Source: Paraspadella gotoi (lineage: Eukaryota; Animalia; Chaetognatha). Taken from it: DNA of 64,000 bases. Made by a program: the position numbers and the translations under genes. The stretch's first letter is position 1; each line of letters opens with the position of its first letter. Positions 1 to 10,650 of this stretch are shown in pieces. The notes beneath the pieces are model-generated. The model was not told the origin of the DNA, did not search any database, and saw nothing but the letters and a program-made list of their open reading frames with translations. Location of the stretch: positions 5,906,382 to 5,970,381 of the forward strand of contig CM119263.1 of the NCBI GenBank assembly GCA_051294375.1. The letters run 5' to 3'.

Positions 1-299
1 TTTATTAATACATCCTGCATATACATTTAATATAAAAGGAAAAAAAATCATAATCAATTAGTGAAACAGGTTTTTTGTTTTTTTCCATTTAAACTCATTT
101 CCACTCAAACGATTCCATCGAAACTTGGTTTCCTGTTCAATCACACACTTTCCTACTCACATACAAAATTCCAGGTCAATCGCCCCATCTATCTATCTAT
201 CAATCTACCCATCCAGCTCAATCACACACTTCCCTACCCACACACAAAATTTCATTCAAATCCATCCATCCAATCATGAGTAATTGGTGTTTTTTGCTA

Positions 300-480
300 A
301 GGTGGGACGGACGGACGGATGGACGGACGGACGGACATAATTTTTTTTGCATAATTTATCATAATTCGATGTTCTGACATGATATAAGTTAGTGCCTGAC
401 AATATTGAGGGGGCGGACCGACGGACCGACAAAGTGAATTATAGAGTCGGGATCTGCTGATAAGCAGATCCGACTAAAAA
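300..480. mobile_element. End of a non-autonomous Helentron/DINE-like element: (GGAC)n microsatellite plus terminal hairpin
   Basis: (GGAC)n at 305-335 and 414-430 is followed by TATAG and a near-perfect hairpin AGTCGGGATCTGCT-GATA-AGCAGATCCGACT (445-475), then an A-run. Similar GTCC-repeat and/or hairpin motifs occur near 2980-3070, 17030-17075, 34150-34215 and 56625-56720. Confidence 0.5.
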
Positions 481-581
481 CTTGTCATCGCTAACAAAAT
501 TTTCCCTCATGGAGCAAAAATATTTTTCATTTTTTTATCATTATAAAAGTAAAAGTAAAAAAAATACTGCAACAAACTCAC

Positions 582-1561
582 CCCCGTGTAAAACACATGT
601 GTCAAAAATCTGCCACTTCCGCCCCCGCCACTACCGCCACTACCAGCCTTCCATCTTATAACGTGCTGCAGCATCAGTGCGGCGATAATCGTCAGTGCAG
701 CATAAAAGATGCAATTTGCTGCGGAGTTTTTGAGGAATCTCCGTCTTTCCTCGATTGTCAAGAAGAGAGAGAAGAGGAGACTGAAGAAGAGGAGGAGGGG
801 AGAGAGGAATTCAATTGGAGCAAGAAGAGAAAGAGAGGAGGAGAGGCAAAGAGAGGATGAGGAGTTGCCAATGAAATGGGAGGAGGTTGTCTCGTACACA
901 ACGGTAAGAATCAAGTCTGAAAATTAATGATAACAAATCAATTATGTATTTTTGTCCAGGCTTAGTAGGTATAGTATATATTTTAGTCAATATTGATAAA
1001 AATCTACATAGGTTAATTAAGAAAAAAAAACGTATTAAACGGAACTCCTAGATCAAATCTTAATGGCAACATTTTCCAGACTACGCCATTTCTGTTCCTG
1101 GTTTCAGACCTTAATTTTAATAATGTTAATATTTAACCTTAATAAATATATAGCCCAATCTCAAACTCAAACTTAAACCCTACCTAACTCTAATCTATTA
1201 CCCTAATTTCTTTCTGAATTTGATCTGAAATTGGACACATTTGGAAAATATGGCTCCAAATTTTACCTGCAGCGACAAAGAGCCACAAAATGATCCCAAT
1301 CATCAATTTTGCCAAAAATATATTTGAAGAATTGACGGGCGACCAAAGTGAAGCCAACGGTATTTTCTTTCTTTCGGTTTTCCACAAAGAAATCGGTGCT
1401 AACGTGATTAAACAAGCACCTGGAATTATACCGAGAAGCAGTTTTAACAGGCAGGGTGACAAATCAGGTGACGGGGTCCACCAGGCCACGTAATCGTCCC
1501 AAATAGGCGTGGCTCCGCAAAGAGACGAAGAAAAGATGGCGTTTGAAGTTGTACAATTCAT
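582..1561 (-). CDS. ABCC/MRP-type ABC transporter, first two coding exons (TMD0); gene continues beyond the left edge
   Basis: Exon 1561-1267 (MNCTTSNAIFSSSLCGATPIWDDYVAWWTPSPDLSPCLLKLLL...) splices in phase 1 via GT..AG to exon 916-582 (...LTIEERRRFLKNSAANCIFY...). These resemble the MRP1-type N-terminal 'C...W....W....PD..C' and 'ERR.G..SS..L..FW' TMD0 motifs. A GTGAGT donor follows 582. Confidence 0.72.
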
Positions 1562-1854
1562 TGTCTGAGTAAAATAAAGGGTCAAATAATGAATAATGGG
1601 AATGTTGATGTTTACAATACTATTTTTTCAAAAACCCTAAATAACAATAAAAATGAGTTATTTTGTTTAGACCATTAATTTTAAACGACTAATAATTTCA
1701 ACAATTTACGAGCAAATTGAATAAACAGGTTTCTCGGCTTTGAAAATTCTTCAGAAGTCTGAATTCAGAGATTCAAATTTTAAAGCAAAACAGGTCACTT
1801 TAATCTGAAAAGGGTCGAGTTTAAATATGTAGTATTAGATATGTTATATATATA

Positions 1855-2455
1855 TTAAAGCGTAGCAAAAGTATTATAATCAAGGAGAATCAAAATTTGA
1901 AAAGTAGATCATGAACAGGCTTGTAAACATTTTTAAATAAAAAATTATTTTAAATTTTTCAATTTTTGCATACGCCTATATTTATACATAGTACTCACCA
2001 TAAAAAATATTGAAATTTAAAAATAGTTTTCTCCTATTTTTAAAAAAAGATTCGAATTCCTCACGAAAAGTTGATAAAAGGAAATATAACTCTTTTTAGA
2101 AAATCAATTCATTAAGTTGGTAAAAATCTTAAAAAACGGTTAGAGTGAACCTATAATTTAATTTTAGTATAAAAAATATATTTTTTTAAATTTTTACCTA
2201 CTTAATGAAAGAATATTTGATCAAGACTTATATTTTCTTTCATCAACATTTTATGAGGAATGCTTTCAAAACTAAAAATAAACTATTTTTAAATTTTGAC
2301 ATTTTCTTTGGTAAGTACTACGTATAAATATGGGCGTTTGCTAAAATTGATGAATTTTTTTAAAAAATATTTTTTTATATATCAATTTTCGTTAGTACAA
2401 GATTGTTCGTGAACAACTATTCGAATTTTGATCTGCAACTTTCACTACGCCTTAA
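1855..2455. mobile_element. Palindromic MITE with TTAA-flanked ends (Kolobok/piggyBac-like non-autonomous DNA element)
   Basis: Left end TTAA-AGCGTAG matches the reverse complement of right end CTACGCC-TTAA. Imperfect inverted arms of about 250 bp (e.g. ACGCCTATATTTATACATAGTACTCACCA vs TGGTAAGTACTACGTATAAATATGGGCGT). Inserted in a (TA)n context. Confidence 0.65.
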
Positions 2456-4371
2456 TATATATATATATATATATATTTACTTTCCGAATGAATTTTCAAT
2501 ATGGCGACGATCGAGGTTTCAAAAGTTGTTTGTTTATTACAGTTTAAAACAGGTGACGAGTTAAAAGCAGTTCAATTTGTTTGTAAGCAAATGATGATTA
2601 AATAATAAAATGCGGCCAAAATATAAACAAACGACGAAGCAACTGAAGATTCTACAAATTTAAGCAAAACAATACAGATACAGATTGACTCGGCCACCAT
2701 TTTCCCTATTCGACATTGTCCTTAATATCGGTGTCGCGATCTCTCGAGCGTCAATACAACATACGTTCAATTTTATTAATTTATTAATATGTAAACTTTG
2801 ATTCGAATTAGTAACCAGCGAAAAAATGTTCTTTAAAACTTCTATCTCAAATATATGTGAGTGCAATTGAATTTTAATTGCATGAATTCGTAGTTACTAT
2901 CTTGACTTTAGTTGTTCTTTTTTTGTAAGTTTTATCTCTCTCTCTCTCTCTCTCTCCCTCTCTCTCTCTTTCTTGCTTTCTCGCGAGTACTCGCGGCGCA
3001 ACTCTATAAGTCACTTTTCGGTCGGTCAGTCCATCGGTCACGCGATCCGTCAGTATTTCTATCCGTCGGGCAGTCCCACTTATATTAAAAATGTATATAA
3101 TTTGCCTATAGTTGGTTACTAATTTGTTAGGAGAGAAAAAACCTCAAATCTAAGTGACGGCTCGCGCCGCCTTCAGGAAATCCTAAAACTACGATTAAAA
3201 GACATAATCCGTGCAGTGTTGTATATATGTATATGTGCATAAATACACAGGCTAAAAAAGTTATTGTAGTCCTTTAATCAAGTCAGGTCGTATCATGTCA
3301 TGTCATGTCACGAGAAATAAACGTGATAAGGCAGTCACTGCGGCACAACACATTTTAATTACCGTTCTTGTTTTCCCTTATCCTGTATTTTTTTGTAATC
3401 TTGAATACAATTTGAATGATCCAAATAATCTGGGAGATAATAAACTAAACTATGTGTTTGATCTTAATTAAGTATCCTGATTATAATCCTATTTGAATTT
3501 TGATCTCTCAATTTTGAATCTTATAAGATTTTATTCAACTTGCAAATTCCAATACATTTTGATAAAAAATACAACTGATATACCGCATCGATTTGAAAGA
3601 CATTCAGTTTCAGTTTCAATTCAGTTTTTATTTCATGTTACGTGCGGAAGTGCACGAGTTTGAAAGAAGGTCGCAAGCGTGTAGACACGCGCAATCGGGT
3701 GCGGACACGTGCAGTCGCGTGCGCACTACAAACACTGTATTATATGTCGATTTATTTTGAGAAATTCAAACAAAAGGAAAGAAAAGAAGGAAAGGAGAGG
3801 GAGAGCGATTTTTCACACTCTCCCTCTCACCCTTTCTTTATCGCTCTCTCTCTCTATCACTCTTTCTACTGTTCCTATCTCTATCTCTTTCTCTCTCTTT
3901 CTGTCTCTTTCTCTCTCCCTCTCTCTCTCTCTCTCTTTTCTTCTCTCCCTATTCTCACTCTCTCCCCCTATCTCTCTCACTCTCTCTCTCTCTTCTCTTC
4001 TTCCCCTCTCTCTCCCCCTCCCTATTTATCACTCTCTTTCTCCTCTATTTCTCTTTTCTCTATGTTTCTCTCTCTCCATCAATCTCTCTTCTCTACTCTC
4101 CACCCTCTCTCGTCTCTCACTCTCTCTCTCTCTCTCTCTCATTTTCATTCGATTTCTCTTCCATTTTTGTTGATGGAATCGATTTTCTTCTCTCGGTTTC
4201 GAGTTTCCGCCGCAAAACTCACCCGAAAGTCGCGACTTACCTGACCGGCGCCTGACGAGGCTGCTGCCGGTGCAATGCGAGCGTCAGACAGTGCGCCGCG
4301 TCGCTACTGCTGCTGACGCTGCTGCTCTCGATAACGCCAGCGGAAATCGTGCATCTTGTTTACATTGGACG

Positions 4372-4438
<67 letters not shown>

Positions 4439-5514
4439 AAGAGAAAGAGCTCTCGATCGATTCGTCGCTGAATTTGGAAGTCAACTTTTTTAGATACTTT
4501 CCCCATGAGCCACTCCTCTCTCTCTCTTCCTCACCCTCTCCCCGGACCAACTCCACCGCGGGTTCCTTACTTTTTAAATCCTTTCTTTTTTTCCTTTTTC
4601 TCTCTTTCTTTCTTTTTTCTTCCCTTTCTTTCCTTTTCTTCAGCCTCCCTCATTTCTTTTTTATCATCACCATTTCTGCTCACCTCATTTCTATTGTCTA
4701 TTTCTATCCTCATTGTTTATTTCTATCTCTACTTTCTATCTCCAAATTTATAGACTTGTCAATAACAGAAGGTCAGGTAAAATTCTGGATGTAAAGATAA
4801 AGATTTAAAATTAAATTTACGTTCATTCCTTGAAAGTTGAAAATATCAGAGAACGAAGTTTACCAAATATAAATTTATAACAGCAATACTTCCCTTTTTG
4901 GTATGGCTGCTTAAATTTTTTTTTAAATTTCGCTAAGTTTTAAAACTGTTTAAACAAAAAAAAAATTAAAATTCGATAAATCATTATTACCTTCCGTTTT
5001 CAATTTCATCTGCTCTTTTCTGTATCATTCTCCGATAATTTTCATCTCCATTTAACTCACTTTTCCCTACTCTTCCTCCTCCTTCTCTTCCTCCTCCTCC
5101 TCCTCCTCCTTTTTTCTACCTCACCTCCGCAGCAGCCTTCCCTTTAAAAGGGTGAGTCTTTCTGGGTTTGCCCTCGCCGCCTTTTTTTTAACGGACGAAT
5201 CCCGTTTTATTCTTTTAATTTCAGTTTCGATCGTTTGTTTCAATTTGTTTGGCGAATTTAAACTTTAAAATTCTTATTTGAATTTGTTTAAAAAAATGAA
5301 GATCATAGTAGTTTATTCACAATTTTACCTATTTATGTTTTACTTTACGATAATTTGTTTATTAATTGGAAAATTAAAGTATGAATTATTTTATAAAACT
5401 AAAAATAAATAATTTAATGAATGAAAATTTATTTCCACGAAATTTAAGAATATGAACTCCTCTAAAGCGAATGAACAATTAATTACTTGATTTTCGTTCA
5501 CAATTAATATATAA

Positions 5515-5632
5515 ATCTATAAATTCCTTTTTCTAAATAAACATTTAATTCTACGAATTCGTTCACTAAATAAACACTTAATTCTACTAATTCGTTCAAT
5601 AAATATACCTTCAATTCTACCGATTCGTTAAT
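5515..5632. repeat. ~31-bp AT-rich minisatellite, about 4 degenerate copies
   Basis: Repeated unit AATTCTACNAATTCGTTCAMTAAATAAACAC. Confidence 0.6.
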
Positions 5633-6064
5633 CTCGTTTCAACCTTTTCTCGTCAATAATCGTACAAGTCTTTTTCTCTCTTTCTTCTGCGAATTCAGTC
5701 AGGCAAGACTCTGGCATAGCTGTTCTCTGTCTCAAATCAGCTGTTCCAATTTGTTGCCTGGTTGAGCCGCTCAATCCTTCTCTATTTATTGATTTTATTG
5801 GTAAACAAACAAAAGGCCATCAGATTTAACTTGGCAGTCAAAATAAATCGGTTTTATTTTATTATTTTCAAATCTATTATTAGAATAATAGCACGTACAT
5901 TTTTTTGGATATTACAACTATCACTTTGAATCGTTTTTATTGTTGATTAACGTACTATAAATTGTGCGATTTCATATAATTATCATTTTTTGAAATATCT
6001 ATTAGTGAGAAATAGTGAGAGAGGGTTATGAACATGTAGGCTTCAATTATTTCTATGTTATAGT

Positions 6065-6354
6065 GTAATCCTTTCTGTTTCGTTGCGATTTAGAATTGTA
6101 GAGAAAACAAAGTTTTATTTTTGTGTGACAAAACAACGATTTTATTAGATATTAGCAGACATGTTTTGACTCTTGTTGTGAGACATCATCAGCGCTTTTA
6201 CAGTTTTGAAGTTATGTGAGAGAAAAAAGCAAAATTTTCAATCTGTAAAAGCGCAGATGATGGCTCGCAACAAGGGTCGAAACATGTCTGCTAATATCTA
6301 ATAAAATCGTTGTCTGGTCACACAAAAATAAAACTTTGTTTTCTCTACAATTCT
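6065..6354. mobile_element. Foldback/MITE-like inverted repeat; a second partial copy lies at 19786-19890
   Basis: Arm 6092-6210 is the reverse complement of arm 6237-6354 (AGAATTGTAGAGAAAACAAAGTTTTATTTTTGTGTGAC...). The same left-arm sequence recurs in intron 2 of the secreted-protein gene. Confidence 0.75.
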
Positions 6355-6815
6355 TTGCTGATAAAATTAAGCCTATTTCGTTTATTTTTAATAAAATTAA
6401 TGCTTTGGTATTTAGCTTATTTGAGCTCATTCGGTCAAAGTTAGGAACACTTTAAAACACAATATATCTTCTAGTAACGTCCGGATTGTAATTGCATCTG
6501 TAAGAATGATTTTTTAAACTTGCAAAAACTGACTCAAACGTTGACTACGTAGTTTGTCTAAGAACTAAGTGCTAAGTTGTGCATATATTAGTAGAAGGCA
6601 ATAACACAATTTTTTTAAAAATGAAGCTCCCAGTAAATTTCTACAAAAAATGATATATAATCCCGATACAAAAAAAAATGTCTTTTTTTATTCATGGAAT
6701 CGCGCATTGCCGCAATTAAGTCATTTATTTGTTTGACTACTGCGGCAGAAATAAGCCACAAGTATCAAGTATCAAGAATCAAGATGCAGCAACACCGCAA
6801 TTAGATGAAGCTGCA

Positions 6816-7929
6816 TTAGGTGGCCGCTTCAACGATAACTTTGTACGGTTCTGGTGTCCTCACAAAATGTTTGATTCCCTTCATGTCTGGGAGTTTAGCT
6901 CCAGTTGGGAGGCGAAACTTGACGCGTTGGATAAACCTTAATAGAAAATTGATACATTATATAGAATAAATGATTTTACAATTATTAAACAAAAACGATT
7001 TAGGATTTGATTGCAACACAGTCTGAGTAACTCAAATTGCTGAATTAATTATTAAGACGATATCAAAAATTGCCATTTTACCGTAAAACCTACGTTTTCT
7101 AGCAATTTCTTACCAAAAGTATTTTAGAAATTCTCTGTTTTAATAACCTTTTCTTACCTTACAGTAAACAGAAACTGTTCCATTCTAGCAAGCTTTTCGC
7201 CCAAGCATCTCCTGTTCCCATAGCTAAAAGGAATAAGATTTTCGTTCGGTCTGAATCTCCCATTCGTGTCCAGATGTCTTTCCGGTTTAAACTTCATGGG
7301 TTCATCAAAGAGATTGGGGTCATGATGCACGGCCCAAATGTTGACGATTGTTAAGTCATCGCTGGTCAAATCGAATTCGCCAAATTGGCTCACGGGTTTG
7401 GCGCAACGTTTGGGCATCGAGAAATCCGCCACGCAAGATCTCCGAAAAACCTGTGGTACAGTAATATCATTAGTCGTAATATCTTTAATGCTTCTAACTA
7501 GGTTCTTAAGGTTTCCACAAGAATGACAGACCGATTTAACCTAGCACTCGTAACATACGAATAGAAAGAAATATAATACTAATGAATACGAGAGAATAGA
7601 ATAAAAAAAGAAAAAATAGAATAGATGAGAATAGAATACATTAGATTAGATACAGAATGGCCGGTTAACTTGACGGATTAGAAGCCCTGGAATGCAAAGA
7701 AACGGATCCGCGTACCAAACGTGTCTTTAAGGGCAAACCACACTCTTAGAATCGCACATGCACTTCATTAAGTCGTCATACCTCTTCCATGAAAGCGTGG
7801 AGGTAGTGGAGATCCTTCAACATCCCAAGACTTGGAACTCCGTCCTCTCCCACGATCTCTAACACTTCTCGTCTCAGCTTGTCGTACACCTGGAGATAAT
7901 ATATTACCAATCTGTAATTGCGAAGATCT

Positions 7930-7993
<64 letters not shown>

Positions 7994-9954
7994 CAAGAAA
8001 GAAAGAAAGGACTTACTTCGGGATGATGCAGCAGCCAAGCAATGGTCCAGTTGAGTGTGTGAGTCGTAGTGTCGGTTCCTGCAGCGAAAAGATCGAATGT
8101 GATGTGGAGGAAGTTGTCGAGCGAAAGATGCTCCGCATCCGGACGCTTTCGTCGCTCGGAGATGTAGGCGTCGATGAAGTCTCGATGTTCGTCGTCGTTG
8201 AAGGATTTCTCGTGATCCCTGAGCGTGTCCTTGATGTAAGAGATCACGTGATCTTTGGCGGCGATGATATTTTTGACTCTTTTCGTCTGAAAAAATCGAA
8301 GGAGACCAGGAAAGGCGGAGTAGACCGGATGTACGAAGAAGTAAATAACTGCGTATGTCATTGTCTGTAGTGAGCGATGTAGAGGCGAAGGTCGGCCTAT
8401 ATCGGCTCGTTGATCGAACAACAGCAAAGTGACGCTGTTGGAGATGGCCAGTTGGATGGGACCTTCAGCAGCAACAGCACCATCGAATGCCAAGAGCTCA
8501 TCGATGAGTCCATCAGCCTCGGCGAGGATTTTCTCTTCCATCTTTGCGCGACCGAATCCGAGGGCTAAAGGGGCAGTGGAATAATAGGGGCAGTGGAGTA
8601 ATATGGGCAGTGGAGTAAAAGGGGCAGAGGAGTAAAAGGGCAGTGGAGTAAAAGAGGCAGTGGACTAAAAGGGGCAGTGGAGTAAAAGGGGCAGTGGAGT
8701 AAAATGGGCGGTGGAGTAAAAGGGGCGGCGGAGTAAAATGGGCGGTGGAGTAAAAGGGGCGGTGGAGTAAAAGGGGCGGTGGAGTAAAAGGGGCAGTGGA
8801 GTAAAAATGGGCAGTGGAGTAAAAGGGTGACGATGAATCAAGATGGATTGTGGTGGTAAGTTGAATTACGATCAGTGGGTAAGGGAGAAAAGGTTTTTTT
8901 TGCTACAAATGCGTCATTATGAATAACACCTTAGAATTTTATACCGTAACTATTTAATATTTTTTTATTCCTACATACGTCACTTCCTATAACTTTATTA
9001 ATGACCAAAACAAGGTTTCGTTAAAGATTTGATTGAAAAATAACGAATAACTGTTAGAATTAACCCCCCCGCCCAAAAACAAAGGACCGAGGTGTGGTGC
9101 ACAAAATCAAAACTTGCCCGGCCAAACCCGAATCAAAACTTGCCCGACAAAGTGTTCATGACGAATTTGTGAGTCTCTTTCCAGGCCGGAGTCGAATCGG
9201 GCATCAAGAGTCCTTGACGTTTCGGGTTGAGAATCAAAATGTTTCCGTCTTTCGCTTTGGATCTTTTGGTGTTGAAGGAAAATAAAAAATCATTTGTAAG
9301 AGAGGGAAAATGCATCGATGTAATATAGATTTAAAGTTACGAGCTTTAAGATTAAAGATTTATGAATTGATTTGATTTTACGACGCTCAAAATGCGAATA
9401 AAACAATATAGTATATGCGAGTACATATTTGACATTTTGAATAAATGAATTAAACGTTAATAAGTAAACAGGTAAACAAGTAAATAGAAAAAAGTTACTT
9501 GTAGAATTTTGTATTGATTTGTTCTAAAAATGATTAATTAGTTGATTGATCGAGTTGATTATTACTTTATTGATAAAGTAATTTACGTAATGATTAATGA
9601 TTTGATTGATTGGTTGACCCACCTGTGCGCAAAGTCTTTGTTCGTCATAAAATCTTTTATCATTTTTATGTCATTAATAACGACGAAATTGACAGACGAT
9701 AATTTCTCAGCTGGAAAAAATCTAAAGACTTCGCCGACAGATTTCCTCCAACCATCGAACAGCATCGCCCAATCGTCGACGGGCACTTGGGCGTGGCCCG
9801 TGAGCCAATGCCCGCTCGGCGCACGGGGCACATCTCGCAGCCCCGATGGACGCCGCCGGCGCAGGGCCAAGTATACGAGGGTGACCAGCCCCAGCAACAG
9901 CAGGGTGCGTGGCAGAACATCGATGCTGGAGATGATATCGAATATGACGCTCAT
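6816..9954 (-). CDS. Cytochrome P450, clan 2 (CYP2-like), 6 exons, 506 aa
   Basis: Exons 9954-9623, 9262-9144, 8564-8017, 7889-7782, 7450-7158 and 6936-6816 sum to 1521 nt in consistent phase. Motifs: N-terminal TM anchor, 'LGFGRAKMEEKI', I-helix AGTDTT, K-helix EVFR (ExxR), PERH, heme motif FSYGNRRCLG. Intron 2 needs a GC donor. Confidence 0.95.
8568..8828. repeat. G-rich 17-bp minisatellite (GGGGCRGTGGAGTAAAA), about 15 copies, in CYP intron 2
   Basis: Direct tandem units are visible and abut the exon-3 acceptor. Confidence 0.9.
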
Positions 9955-10277
9955 CGTTGGAGAAAATAAAAAGAAGAAAAAATGAGGAGAGAAAAAGTTT
10001 TTTTTTTTTTGGTTGAACAAAAACGATGAGGGAAAGAATTCGAGTCTCTTATTTATCGAGAGGGAAACTCGACAAATATGGAGAGCGAGATAGAAACAGA
10101 AAGAGAGAGAGACAGAGACAGAGCGAAAATAGTTTGTCTTTTACTCAACTCAAAAGCTGAGCATTTTAAGGAAACTTTGTTTGTTCAGCTTCTTTTTTCT
10201 TTTTTTTCTCTTTCTTTTTTATCGTTTCTCTGTATTTTTTTCCCTCGCTCTTTTTCACGCTCGATTTTAACCAATTC

Positions 10278-10332
<55 letters not shown>

Positions 10333-10429
10333 CTCCCTCTAACCCCGCCTTTGCTCCCACACTATCAGGATAACTCAATTAGTTTTCCGCATTTAGTGTT
10401 CGAAAGAAAAAAGTGTGAAACTTGTAAGT

Positions 10430-10650
10430 TGTGGACGAACAAGTTCAGATAAGAAATGATTATTCTTCACAACTTATAAAACAATAACAGCAAAATGCTC
10501 AGATGCTAAGTCTATTACAATGGTATTTACAAAGGTCAACGTTTGACATAAAGTCAACCGTTTTGACCATAAATAATTGGGAATGAGCGAGGTAGGTTGG
10601 TAAGGTCATGTGTTTGAACCAAGGTTGCGTGTTCTAGATGTTCGTCCACA
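10430..10650 (-). repeat. 3' LTR
   Basis: 11-bp terminal inverted repeats TGTGGACGAAC...GTTCGTCCACA; colinear with 15657-15883. Confidence 0.9.

Noticed and set aside
4252-4275. CTGACGA followed by a GGC-TGCT-GCC stem, resembling a hammerhead ribozyme core
   Set aside because: No GAAA follows stem II and no stem I/III partners were found.
3642-4794. Long Ser/Leu- or Arg/Glu-rich ORFs here and at 17145-18425, 39005-39637, 41055-41718, 42244-43474 and 58057-58726
   Set aside because: They are translations of (CT/GA)n, (TTTA)n and (CCTT)n microsatellites with no coding signal.
8568-8828. Regular short repeats resembling a CRISPR array (also 27290-27925)
   Set aside because: Head-to-tail units without unique spacers, in a eukaryotic context with no cas genes.
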